Assembly: GCA_963792585.1 (NCBI GenBank)
Contig: CAWBWI010000002.1
Span: 1-64,000 of the forward strand
Reading direction: 5' to 3'
DNA length: 64,000 nt
Source of the DNA: Candidatus Eiseniibacteriota bacterium
GTDB lineage: Bacteria > Eisenbacteria > RBG-16-71-46 > CAIMUX01 > VGJL01
Shown: positions 20,382-28,976 of the stretch, piece after piece
Position numbering within the stretch: position 1 is the stretch's first letter
Layout of the letters: each line of letters opens with the position of its first letter
Program-made: the position numbers and the translations under genes
Notes under the pieces: model-generated
The model's database searches: none
Seen by the model: the letters and a program-made list of their open reading frames with translations, nothing else
Told to the model about the DNA's origin: nothing

Positions 20382-20620
20382 CCCCATGAACGAGGTGGCA
20401 CCATCGGTACCATTCGGGTGGTGCCGTGGGTACATCTCCTATTTGCATATCCTGAAATGGTTTAGAAGATCGCCCCTGGCCGGGCGCCGGAAGATCCCGC
20501 CGTCATTGTCCCATTAAACCCCGCCGCGAGGTCGCACCCGTGGGATCGTCGGATCGGTGAATCCCGTCAACACAATACGAATGGGTACGTTAGGGCTTCG
20601 TCCGACTTCGCTGGGGATTT

Positions 20621-20636
20621 TGGCATGATCGGTGCA
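20621..20636 (+). promoter_or_regulatory. sigma54-type (-24/-12) promoter
   Basis: TGGCATGATCGGTGCA has GG and GC at the canonical spacing, preceded by TTT and followed by TAT, within a long gene-free region. Confidence 0.6.
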
Positions 20637-20646
20637 TATCCCAGTT

Positions 20647-20920
20647 CTCGTGATCGGGTGGCTCGCCGGAAGCGGACTGTTTCCCAACCCCGGCAGAAGC
20701 GCAATCCGGATGCCGGCGAATGCCGGAACCGAAGGTTGCTTCCGTGGACGGCGGGCCACTCGATAACAAGTTCGGCTGCGAACCTGCAGCTGCTTCGATC
20801 ACCGGAATTCGCTGTCGACCCACTACCGTGGCTAGGTGGGTTCCGGGGACCGAACCTGGGGCAAGCGGCCATCCATCGCAAGGACCTCTCCGGCGAGAGT
20901 CGGAGGGGTCTCTGCCTTTC
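20647..20920 (+). ncRNA. Candidate structured non-coding RNA (family not recognised)
   Basis: 16-bp helix 20653-20668/20749-20764 with two G-U pairs, further internal stems, and a terminal GAGA-tetraloop hairpin 20883-20910; no credible CDS. Confidence 0.5.
20883..20920 (+). terminator. Terminator-like hairpin
   Basis: GACCTCTCCGGC-GAGA-GTCGGAGGGGTC (12 bp, two G-U) followed by TCTGCCTTTC. Confidence 0.6.
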
Positions 20921-20961
20921 CACCGCTGCATGGCCTCGCCGGGGAGTGCTAGGGTACCGCC

Positions 20962-21348
20962 ATGGCAACCAGACCCGGCGGTTTCGACTCGTCTCGGACC
21001 GGCGGCCCCGAGCCGGTTCCCGATGGACATGCCTGTCTCATGGCGACGCTGGCATACGCCCTGGGAGCCTTCTCCGGCGTGATCCTGCTCGTCTCGAATC
21101 GGGAGAATCGCTACATTCAATTTCACGCACTGCAGTCGATCGCGCTGACCGTTGTCGGTCTCGCGGCGGTCGGCGTCTTCTGGCTCTTCTCGTTCTTTCC
21201 TCTTCTGGGATTCCTGTACGAAATGCTCCTGCGGCTAATCCAGGTGCTTCTCTTCCTCTATTGGCTTTACTTGCTCTGGCAGGCGTATCGGGGCAGGTGG
21301 TATCGGGCGCCGATCCTAGGTGCCTGGGCGGAAAGGCATCTCGGCTAG
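20962..21348 (+). CDS. DUF4870-type small membrane protein
   Basis: ATLAY..G.FSG, YIQFHALQS, AYRG.WYRAPILG; three TM segments. Confidence 0.8.
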   Translation: MATRPGGFDSSRTGGPEPVPDGHACLMATLAYALGAFSGVILLVSNRENRYIQFHALQSIALTVVGLAAVGVFWLFSFFPLLGFLYEMLLRLIQVLLFLYWLYLLWQAYRGRWYRAPILGAWAERHLG

Positions 21349-21499
21349 GGGATCGCCGGCACCGGCGAGGAGAGTAAATCGAACGGGCGCCGCCCCGGCA
21401 GAAGCAGCGCCCGTTCCCGCAGCGAGAGGGGGGTTCTTCCCACAGTCGACGCCTCATACGCGCGAGGGAACCCGGAAGTTCCCGAAAAATCTCCCCGGC

Positions 21500-23416
21500 T
21501 CAGTGCCCGTTCGTCATGGTGCCGAGGTAGGTCGTTTCCTTGGCCCGAGCCCGGTAGTCCTCCAGGAACTGGACCGCCTCGGCCTCTTTGATCCGCCCTT
21601 CCCGGACTCCCGTCTCGATGAGCGATGAAAACTCCCGGGTCAGTTCCTCTGCGTCGAAGCCGGCGATTTTCACCATCTCCTCGATCGAGTTCCCCCGGAC
21701 GATCTTGCGGATGTGGTGTCGCCCCCCCTCGTCGACGATCACGTGAGCCTCATTGGTCGTCCCGATCAGGTTGTGGAAGTCGCCCATCACGTCCTGGTAG
21801 GCGCCGAGGAGGCAGATCGCGATGTAGTAGGGCCCTCCGTTGGTCGTCGGGTGGAGTTCGAGGGTCTCCTTGATGTCCTTCACGTCGACGAAGTGGTCGA
21901 TCTGGCCGTCGGAGTCGCAGGTCAGATCCACCAGGATCCCGCGCTCCGTCGGGTACTCGTTGAGGCGGTGGATCGGAAGCACGGGGAAGAGCTGGTTGAT
22001 GCTCCACGAGTCGGGCGCCGACTGAAAGACCGAGAAGTTCGCGACGTACTTCTTCCGCAGCGCCTTCTCGAGCAGGTCGAACTCGTCGCTCACGTAGTTG
22101 GTTTGCTTCGAGAAGCGGAAGGCCCGCTCGCAGACCTCTTCGAAGAGCGCCTCCCCGCGTCCCCGGTCTTCGAGGCCGAGGTAGCCGAGGTTGAAGAGGC
22201 TGAAGAGCTCCTCCCTCTGCTGGATCGCGTCGTGGTAGTACTCCCGGAAGTTCTTGACGCTGATGTCGCGCGCGATCTCGAAGAGCTCGGTGAGGACGGG
22301 ATTGTCCGTCTCGGCGTTGTTGACCAGCTCGAGGCGCGTCGCGGCGATCGGGTCCGCGCGGTTCTCCGCATTGGTGATGACCATGGAGTGATAGACCGTC
22401 AGGGCGCGGCCGCTCTCCGACACGATCGTGGGGACCGGGACGTCTTCGGTGTCGCAGATATCGCTGATCGTGTAGACGACGTCGTTCGCGAACTCCTGCA
22501 CGGTGTAGTTGGCGCTCGAGTCGGAAGGCGTCTTGGATCCGTCGTAGTCGATTCCGAGGCCCCCGCCCACGTTCAAGTATTCGACCGGGACCTTCATCTT
22601 GCGGATCTTGGCGTAGACGCGGCTCGCCTCCTTCACGGCCGCCTTGATCTTCCGGATGTCGGTGATCTGGCTTCCGATGTGGAAGTGGAGCATCTTCAGA
22701 TAGCTCTCGAGACCGCGCTCCTTGAGGGCCCGAACACAGTCGATGATCTCGACCGTGGAGAGACCGAACTTGGAGGTCTCGCCTCCGGACTCCTCCCACT
22801 TGCCGCTGCCGCGCGAGTAGAGACGTCCGCGCAGACCGAGGGTCGGGATCTGGCCCGTCTGCTCGACCATGCGAAGCACGCTCTGGATCTCGCGCGCCTG
22901 CTCGACGACGATGACGACCTTCTTGCCGGCCTTGAGGCCCCAGAGCGCCATCTCGACATAGGAATCGTCCTTGAAGCCGTTGCAGATCAGCAGGCTGTCC
23001 TCCGGCTGGGGGAGGGCGAGAGCGACGTAGAGCTCCGCTTTGGATCCGACCTCGAGACCGAAGTCGTAGCGGCCCCCGACCCGGATGAGCTCTTCGATGA
23101 CGTCACGGCGGTTGTTCACCTTCATCGGGAAGACGCCCTTGTAGGGCGCACCGTATTGAAACTCGGTGATCGCGCTCTGGAACGCCTGGTGCAGGGTCCG
23201 CATCTGCGTCTCGAGAATCTGCGGGAAGCGCAGGAGGACAGGCGTCGGACAGCGGCGTTTCGCGAGCTCCTCGACGACCTGGAACAGATCGACGCCGGGA
23301 CCGGTGCGGAACGGTTTGACCATCAGATGGCCGGAAGCGTTGACATCGAAGAAACCGTTGCCCCAGTTCTCGATTCCATAGAGAACCGGGATCGAAACCC
23401 CAAAGGGACCTTCCAT
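21500..23416 (-). CDS. speA: Biosynthetic arginine decarboxylase
   Basis: YGIENWGNGFF, PVLLRFPQIL, VFPMKVN (PLP Lys), GLEVGSKAEL, HFHIGSQI, GGGLGIDYDG, DLTCDSDG, LGAYQ. Confidence 0.96.
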   Translation of the reverse strand: MEGPFGVSIPVLYGIENWGNGFFDVNASGHLMVKPFRTGPGVDLFQVVEELAKRRCPTPVLLRFPQILETQMRTLHQAFQSAITEFQYGAPYKGVFPMKVNNRRDVIEELIRVGGRYDFGLEVGSKAELYVALALPQPEDSLLICNGFKDDSYVEMALWGLKAGKKVVIVVEQAREIQSVLRMVEQTGQIPTLGLRGRLYSRGSGKWEESGGETSKFGLSTVEIIDCVRALKERGLESYLKMLHFHIGSQITDIRKIKAAVKEASRVYAKIRKMKVPVEYLNVGGGLGIDYDGSKTPSDSSANYTVQEFANDVVYTISDICDTEDVPVPTIVSESGRALTVYHSMVITNAENRADPIAATRLELVNNAETDNPVLTELFEIARDISVKNFREYYHDAIQQREELFSLFNLGYLGLEDRGRGEALFEEVCERAFRFSKQTNYVSDEFDLLEKALRKKYVANFSVFQSAPDSWSINQLFPVLPIHRLNEYPTERGILVDLTCDSDGQIDHFVDVKDIKETLELHPTTNGGPYYIAICLLGAYQDVMGDFHNLIGTTNEAHVIVDEGGRHHIRKIVRGNSIEEMVKIAGFDAEELTREFSSLIETGVREGRIKEAEAVQFLEDYRARAKETTYLGTMTNGH

Positions 23417-23519
23417 CAGGGATCCTCTTCCAGGGGAGGGAGACCCTCCTCAGACGCCGAAGGTGGGTTTTCAGATGAACGGCGCGGATCGAGCCTTGCC
23501 GACGGTGGAACAGACGCAC

Positions 23520-23548
23520 AGGGTAACACCGGGACCCGCGTCGATCAA
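23520..23548 (-). promoter_or_regulatory. Possible sigma70 promoter of speA
   Basis: Minus strand TTGATC-17 nt-TACCCT with TGT before the -10. Confidence 0.4.
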
Positions 23549-23579
23549 TCGGCGGTTCGCGGGCGGTCTGCCGGACGAT

Positions 23580-24533
23580 CTACGGCAGGGCGACCTGGAG
23601 ACCGAAGCGGTGGATCTCTCCAAGGGCATCGGGTCCCGTCCGCATTCCATACTCCGCCCGGATCCGGCCGACGCGGAGAGACATGCCCGCAGCGATCTCG
23701 CCTCGGGACTCTACCGCGTCTTCCCGCCATGCCGGGCCGGCCATGAGAACGAGCGGCGTCCGCGGGACCTGCCAGGCGAGTCCCAGTGCGAGGCGCGACG
23801 GTTTTCCCGACGAAGGGAGGGTCGCGCCGACGGTCGCGCGGAGATCGCTCCGGATCCCGCGTTCGATGGCGGCATCGAATCCGGTGGGCAGAGGGCCGTC
23901 GATGGAGCGGTCCCAGTTCACGCGGGAGTAGAGAGCTTTCGCGACCCCCCCGATGCGCCACCCGCCCCAATCGCCCTCGAGCCCGACATCGACGGCCGTC
24001 CCCGTCCCGCCGCTCCCGTCCACGGTGCTCCGGGCCTGCAGGAATCGGACGCGGAACCCGCTGCGCACTCCCCCCGCGAATCGGTGCGCGTAAGCCAAGG
24101 CGATCTGGGTCTCCCCGTAGGTGTCCTCACCGGGCAACTCGCCGCTCAGGTTGGTCACGCCCAGACCGATCGCGGAGTGGATCGCGCCGCGCCCGGGGAC
24201 GACCTGCCCCGCCTGCCAGGTATTCCTCTCCTCGAAGGAAGGGAAGAGTGCCGCCGCGGCCTGATGGTGGACGAGCCCTCCGGTGAAGAGGGAGGCGTGG
24301 CTGAATGCGAGAGCCCGTCCCTCGCCCCAGAGCATTCCGGTCGGGTTCTCCAGAACGGCGTCGACTCCCTGGCCGAGCGCCTTTGGCGCGCCCCCCAGGG
24401 CGAGCGCGGTCGGCCAGGGCTCGAGATTGGGGAAGGCTCCCACGCTCTCCGCGCCCGCCCACGCGGGCGCGAGGGTCGACGCGAGGGCGACGAGCACCGG
24501 GAGCGCCCGCGAGATCGAGGGACGCCTAGTCAT
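23580..24533 (-). CDS. PorV/PorQ-like outer-membrane beta-barrel
   Basis: Signal peptide; ALALGGA..A...GVDAVLENPTGM motif; amphipathic strands ending LGEIHRFGLQV. Confidence 0.75.
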   Translation of the reverse strand: MTRRPSISRALPVLVALASTLAPAWAGAESVGAFPNLEPWPTALALGGAPKALGQGVDAVLENPTGMLWGEGRALAFSHASLFTGGLVHHQAAAALFPSFEERNTWQAGQVVPGRGAIHSAIGLGVTNLSGELPGEDTYGETQIALAYAHRFAGGVRSGFRVRFLQARSTVDGSGGTGTAVDVGLEGDWGGWRIGGVAKALYSRVNWDRSIDGPLPTGFDAAIERGIRSDLRATVGATLPSSGKPSRLALGLAWQVPRTPLVLMAGPAWREDAVESRGEIAAGMSLRVGRIRAEYGMRTGPDALGEIHRFGLQVALP

Positions 24534-26463
24534 GGCGGAGCAACATCGGCAGGACCTCATCGCTCGCGTGCCCGTCGGAGGAGACGCGCTCGACCCGCAT
24601 CAAGTAGTAACCCGGTTGCGCGGTCTCGCCGTTTGCGTCGCGTCCGTCCCACCGGAGCCGCGCTTCGAAGAAGGTGCCGGACTTTTCCAGGCGGACGAGC
24701 GCATCTCCCTCCAGATTGAAGATCGTCACCGTTGCCTCGCGCATGCCGCCCCCGTCGTTCACCTGGATCTCCTCCCCGGGGCGGAACGGGGTGTTGTAGA
24801 CGGTGGACCGGCCGGTGATGTAGCGGATGATCTGGCTCGTCCCGGTCACGGTCTTGTTGCCGACTTCGTCCTCCGACCAGCCACCGATCTTGTTGGGGCC
24901 GGGCGCGAGCTCGAGCTCCCCGGAGAAACGGTCTGTCAATGTGTCGACGAGCGCATGGAGGCGCAGCACGTTGTCCCGCACCAGAGCGACGCGAAATGCG
25001 GCGACAGCCGTGCCGGAGACCGTGATCAGCGGCCTGTTCGTCTCCGTGGGGAGCGGATCGAAGATGGGGGGATCTTCGGGAGCTTCGGAATCCAGATTCA
25101 CGAAAAGCTCCTCGGACCGCGTGACGCTATTGAGCGTGTCTCGCGCCATCACGCCGATCCGGATGTTGCGGCCGTCCGGGGCAAGGCGCTCCTTCGCCGG
25201 GATGCGGTAGGAGATGACGTACTCGTCGGGCTCCCGGAACGAGGCCGGGGCGTCCTTCGGCTGGAAATCGGGGACCAGGTTCGAGAGGAGGGCTTCCACG
25301 GCGAAGGGCTCCCCGGTCGGGCTCTCCCAGCGCGAGACGATGATCAACTCGTCGGTCGGGTGAAACGTTGTTTGCTCCGACTCGATCCATGGTGGCGCGA
25401 GCAGCCGCGGGGGCGGTGTGCGGAGGTTTCTCGCGATCGTCATGGAGCGATCCGTGAATGAGTCGCCGAGCGCGCTGCTGCCGGTGATGGGGATCACGAC
25501 GACACCGTCCTCGAACGCGTCCATCGCGACGGGGTTGTAGAGAATTTCGAAGCGTCCGCTGTCGGCGTGAACCACGGCCTGCGAGCCCAGTCCTCCGTCG
25601 AGCGTGGTGAAGTCCGCCCGCACATCGACCGTCGTCGAGTCCCAACGACTCGAAATCCGCACCGTGTCGCCGTTGCGCACCCCGCGATCGACGGGCGCGA
25701 GCACCGCGTGCTCGATCGGCGCCGGCAGCGTTCCCGTTCGCAAATCGATCCGCACGCTCGAGTCCCGTATCTCCGTGCACAGGCCGTCGCGCCCGATGAT
25801 CGTCAACGGAATGGCGTTGCCGTCGGGAACCAGTCGGATCTTTCCCGGAATCTTGTACTTCAGCAGGTACTCGGTCACCCCGTCGACCGTGTCGACAGAA
25901 TCGACCCGCACCTCGGCCGCCGAGAAGTCGGGCACGAGCGCTCGGTAATCGGCGGTCACCCGGAAGCCGGGCGCGCTCCCCACGCGCCAGCGCGAGCGGA
26001 TCCAAAGCTGCTGCCCGGCCTCGAAGCGGACATTCCCGCTGTCGGGCTCACTGCCGACGAAGACGGGGAGGGGGGTGCGCGCATTGCGGCAGACCGCGAA
26101 GCCGCGATAGGTGAAGGTCGAGGATGCATCGAACCGGCTCGTCGCCGTGATCGGGATCGTGAGACCGGCCGTGTCCGCGAGGCCCTCCATCGATCCCGTG
26201 GTGTAGGAGATCCGGTAGGAACCGTTCGCCGAGTCGAGGACGGCCGCCTGGCCGCCCGCGCCGGCGTCGAGGGCGGTGAAATCCGCGCGGATTCGATATC
26301 CGGCGGAATCCCAGCGGGTCACGATCTCGATCGTCGAGAAAGCGCCGACTCCGCGGCCGACGGGCTCCTGCAAGCGTGTCGCCAGGTGGTTGGGCGCCGC
26401 GCCGGCCGGTGACGCGCCGAGCATGCCGATCAGACAGATGCAGGCGAGGACCGCTTTGCGCAT
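24526..26463 (-). CDS. Secreted multi-Ig-repeat protein with FlgD-Ig/T9SS-like C-terminal domain
   Basis: Signal peptide; four internal repeats; C-terminus NTPF.P..ATVTIFNLEG..VRL..WDGRDANG..AQPGYYL. Confidence 0.8.
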   Translation of the reverse strand: MRKAVLACICLIGMLGASPAGAAPNHLATRLQEPVGRGVGAFSTIEIVTRWDSAGYRIRADFTALDAGAGGQAAVLDSANGSYRISYTTGSMEGLADTAGLTIPITATSRFDASSTFTYRGFAVCRNARTPLPVFVGSEPDSGNVRFEAGQQLWIRSRWRVGSAPGFRVTADYRALVPDFSAAEVRVDSVDTVDGVTEYLLKYKIPGKIRLVPDGNAIPLTIIGRDGLCTEIRDSSVRIDLRTGTLPAPIEHAVLAPVDRGVRNGDTVRISSRWDSTTVDVRADFTTLDGGLGSQAVVHADSGRFEILYNPVAMDAFEDGVVVIPITGSSALGDSFTDRSMTIARNLRTPPPRLLAPPWIESEQTTFHPTDELIIVSRWESPTGEPFAVEALLSNLVPDFQPKDAPASFREPDEYVISYRIPAKERLAPDGRNIRIGVMARDTLNSVTRSEELFVNLDSEAPEDPPIFDPLPTETNRPLITVSGTAVAAFRVALVRDNVLRLHALVDTLTDRFSGELELAPGPNKIGGWSEDEVGNKTVTGTSQIIRYITGRSTVYNTPFRPGEEIQVNDGGGMREATVTIFNLEGDALVRLEKSGTFFEARLRWDGRDANGETAQPGYYLMRVERVSSDGHASDEVLPMLLRHD

Positions 26464-26600
26464 CGAGCTCCGATTCCCATGGGTTAGAGGCCGGCGTTGT
26501 CCGCCCCACTCTATGGGGCGCGTGCGAGCGAAGTCCACGCCAAATAGACTCCGCCCCGGCCTTGAGATACCCCATGGGCTATGTTAGGGTCCGCACGCCT

Positions 26601-27752
26601 GTGAAAGAACCTCGACCTGCCGGCCTCGTGCTCCACATCGCTTCGGTGCGATGGTGGAGCGCGCTTGCGTATTACGCCCTCGCCCTGGCGCAGGGGCTGG
26701 ATAGGCTCGGAGTGCCCGGTGGAGTGGTCGCAACGCCCGGCTCCCCTCTGGATGAGCGCGCCGCCCGCCTCGGCCTTTCCCGACCCGAATGGCGGGGTCT
26801 CCTCTCCGAGCGTCCCGACCGCGCCCTTCGGGCCGTCGGTCGCCTGCGCGCTGCGGTCCGCGACGGGGCCGTCTCCGCCGTCTTCGTCCATACGGGCGGG
26901 GGACACCTCGCCACCGCTCTGGCGTTGAGGGGAGGCCCGGCGCCGCTTCTGCGGGCGCGTCCCGAGATTCGCCGGCCCGCACGCGGGCCGGTCGCGTCGT
27001 GGCTTCACGGCCGCGCGAGCGACCGGATTCTCATTCCGGGCGATTTCATGCGGCGGGGCTACTTCGAACATCTCGGGATCGAACCGCAGAGGATCCGTCG
27101 GCTTCCCGCGGGGATCGACCTCGGACCGACCCGCGGAATCGACCGGCAGGCCGCGCGCCTTCGCCTGCGCGCCGCCAACGGATGGGATCTCGAGGCCCCG
27201 GTGGTCGGCATGCTCGCCCGCTACAGCCCGGTGAAGGGGCATGACACCCTCGTCCGCGCGGCCCGCATCCTGGCGGACCGCATTCCGTCGGCGCGCTTTC
27301 TGGCGGCAGGTCCTGAAGGACAGACGGGACGCGATCACGTACGGGAGTGGATCGCGACGGCGGGACTGGCCGATCGATTCGCGGCGCTGGATCCGGTCGC
27401 CGATCCGCTCGAGACCGCCGCAGGTTTCGACGTGGCCGTCATTGCTTCGACCGGCAGCGAGGCGGTCTGCCGCAGCGCCCTCGAGTACATGGCGCTGGGC
27501 GTGCCCATCGTCGCGACCCGCGTGCACGTGATCCCCGAGACGGTAGGGGACGCGGGTATCCTGGTGTCTGCGGGCGCGCCCGGAGAGCTTGCCGATGGGA
27601 TCGGGTCTATCGTCGGGGATTCCGCTCGGGCTGCGGGACTCGGCCGGGCCGGGCTCGAGCGCGTCCGCAGGGAGTTCGATCTCGGCGTCATCGCCGCTCA
27701 GGCGGTGGCCATCGTCGAGGAGGCGCGCAGGGAGAGAAAGACCGATGTCTGA
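26601..27752 (+). CDS. Glycosyltransferase family 4 (start uncertain, 26574 or 26601)
   Basis: VGMLARYSPVKGH, SEAVCRSALEYMALGVPIVAT. Confidence 0.88.
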   Translation: MKEPRPAGLVLHIASVRWWSALAYYALALAQGLDRLGVPGGVVATPGSPLDERAARLGLSRPEWRGLLSERPDRALRAVGRLRAAVRDGAVSAVFVHTGGGHLATALALRGGPAPLLRARPEIRRPARGPVASWLHGRASDRILIPGDFMRRGYFEHLGIEPQRIRRLPAGIDLGPTRGIDRQAARLRLRAANGWDLEAPVVGMLARYSPVKGHDTLVRAARILADRIPSARFLAAGPEGQTGRDHVREWIATAGLADRFAALDPVADPLETAAGFDVAVIASTGSEAVCRSALEYMALGVPIVATRVHVIPETVGDAGILVSAGAPGELADGIGSIVGDSARAAGLGRAGLERVRREFDLGVIAAQAVAIVEEARRERKTDV

Positions 27753-28521
27753 AAACGGGGTCAGCGCGATCGTCATCGCTCGCGATGAAGAGGATCGGAT
27801 CGAGGCGTGTCTGCGGTCGGTGGCGTGGGCGGACGAGAGAATCGTCATCGTCGACGCGGCCACCCGCGACGCCACGGTCGAACGCGCGCGCCCGCTCGCG
27901 ACCGAGCTCGCGATTCGCCCCTGGGACGGGTTCGGCGCGGCGCGGTCATTCGCGGTCGAGCGCGCGCGCGGTCCTTGGATCTTCTGGATCGACGCCGACG
28001 AGCGGGCCGATCGCCGGCTCTCCGAGGCCGTCGTCCGCGCGGCCTCGGATCCACGCGGACGGCTCGGCTTCCGCGTGCGCCGCCGCAATCACTACCTGGG
28101 GCGCGCCGTCACTCACGGCGCTTGGTCCTCCGACGTCGTGTTGCGCTTCTTCCGCAAGGACGCCGGCCGATTCGACGATCGGCTCGTGCACGAATCGGTT
28201 GTTGTCCACGGCCCCATCGGCATTCTCGATGGACGACTCGAGCACAACAGCTATCGCAGTCTCGCGCACCACTGGGAGAAGATGGGGACCTGGGCCGGCC
28301 TCTGGGCGGAACAGGCTCTGCGCGACGGGCGGCGGGCACGCGCGTGGGATCTGGTCCTGCGCCCCCCGGTGCGGTTCATCAAGGGGTATCTCCTGAAGGC
28401 GGGATTCCTGGATGGCGTTCCCGGAATCGTGCTCGCCTTCATGGACGCGGTCTACGTCGGAACGAAGTACGCCCGCCTGCTGGGTTTGCAGCAAGGCGAT
28501 CGGAACGAGGAGAAACGATGA
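27745..28521 (+). CDS. Glycosyltransferase family 2 (WaaE/KdtX-like LPS glucosyltransferase)
   Basis: IARDEE.RI..CL.SV.WADE, WIDADE, VHE, GFLDG..G. Confidence 0.9.
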   Translation: MSENGVSAIVIARDEEDRIEACLRSVAWADERIVIVDAATRDATVERARPLATELAIRPWDGFGAARSFAVERARGPWIFWIDADERADRRLSEAVVRAASDPRGRLGFRVRRRNHYLGRAVTHGAWSSDVVLRFFRKDAGRFDDRLVHESVVVHGPIGILDGRLEHNSYRSLAHHWEKMGTWAGLWAEQALRDGRRARAWDLVLRPPVRFIKGYLLKAGFLDGVPGIVLAFMDAVYVGTKYARLLGLQQGDRNEEKR

Positions 28522-28976
28522 ACGAGGAGACAACGCCGGTCGGGGAAACGCCCGAGGGAACGCCCGACAAGATGCCCGAGACGGCACCCGAGAAGACGCC
28601 CGAGACGACACCCGAGAAGAAACCCGAAGGACCGCCCGAGGTCGGGATCGATGACTTCGGGCGGCTGGATCTGCGCGTGGCCCGCGTCCTGAAGGTCGAG
28701 AAGCATCCCAACGCCGAGAAGCTGCTCAAGCTGCAGATCGACATCGGCGGGGAGCAGCGGCAGATCGTTGCGGGAATCGCCCCGTACTACGAACCCGAGC
28801 AACTCGAGGGTCGGCTGATCGTCGTGGTCGCAAACCTGAAGCCCGCGAAGCTCCGTGGCGAGTGGTCCCACGGGATGCTGCTCGCCGCGAGCGGCGCCGA
28901 CGCGGCGACCGGCGCCGAGACCGTGACCGTACTCACCCCGCTCGCGGAGGTTGCCCCCGGCTCGAAGGTCCGCTAG
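28518..28976 (+). CDS. Stand-alone tRNA-binding OB-fold protein (MetG C-terminal/Trbp111-like)
   Basis: DDFGRLDLRV, HPNAEKLL, RQIVAGIA, NLKPAKLRG..S.GMLLAA. Confidence 0.9.
   Translation: MNEETTPVGETPEGTPDKMPETAPEKTPETTPEKKPEGPPEVGIDDFGRLDLRVARVLKVEKHPNAEKLLKLQIDIGGEQRQIVAGIAPYYEPEQLEGRLIVVVANLKPAKLRGEWSHGMLLAASGADAATGAETVTVLTPLAEVAPGSKVR
28551..28640 (+). repeat. Degenerate 12-bp tandem repeat (8 units) encoding PE-x-x
   Basis: CCCGAN recurs exactly every 12 nt from 28551 to 28635. Confidence 0.85.

Noticed and set aside
20567..21377. ORFs 20567..20968, 20590..21126, 20625..21377, 20720..21082 and a 38-codon GTG ORF at 20650
   Set aside because: No RBS, no recognisable motifs and atypical composition; base-pairing evidence favours an RNA element.
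21713..23746. Long antisense/shadow ORFs (also 8139..9707, 31737..33932, 38868..40982 and others)
   Set aside because: They lie opposite well-supported genes, lack motifs, and are expected in high-GC DNA with few stop codons.
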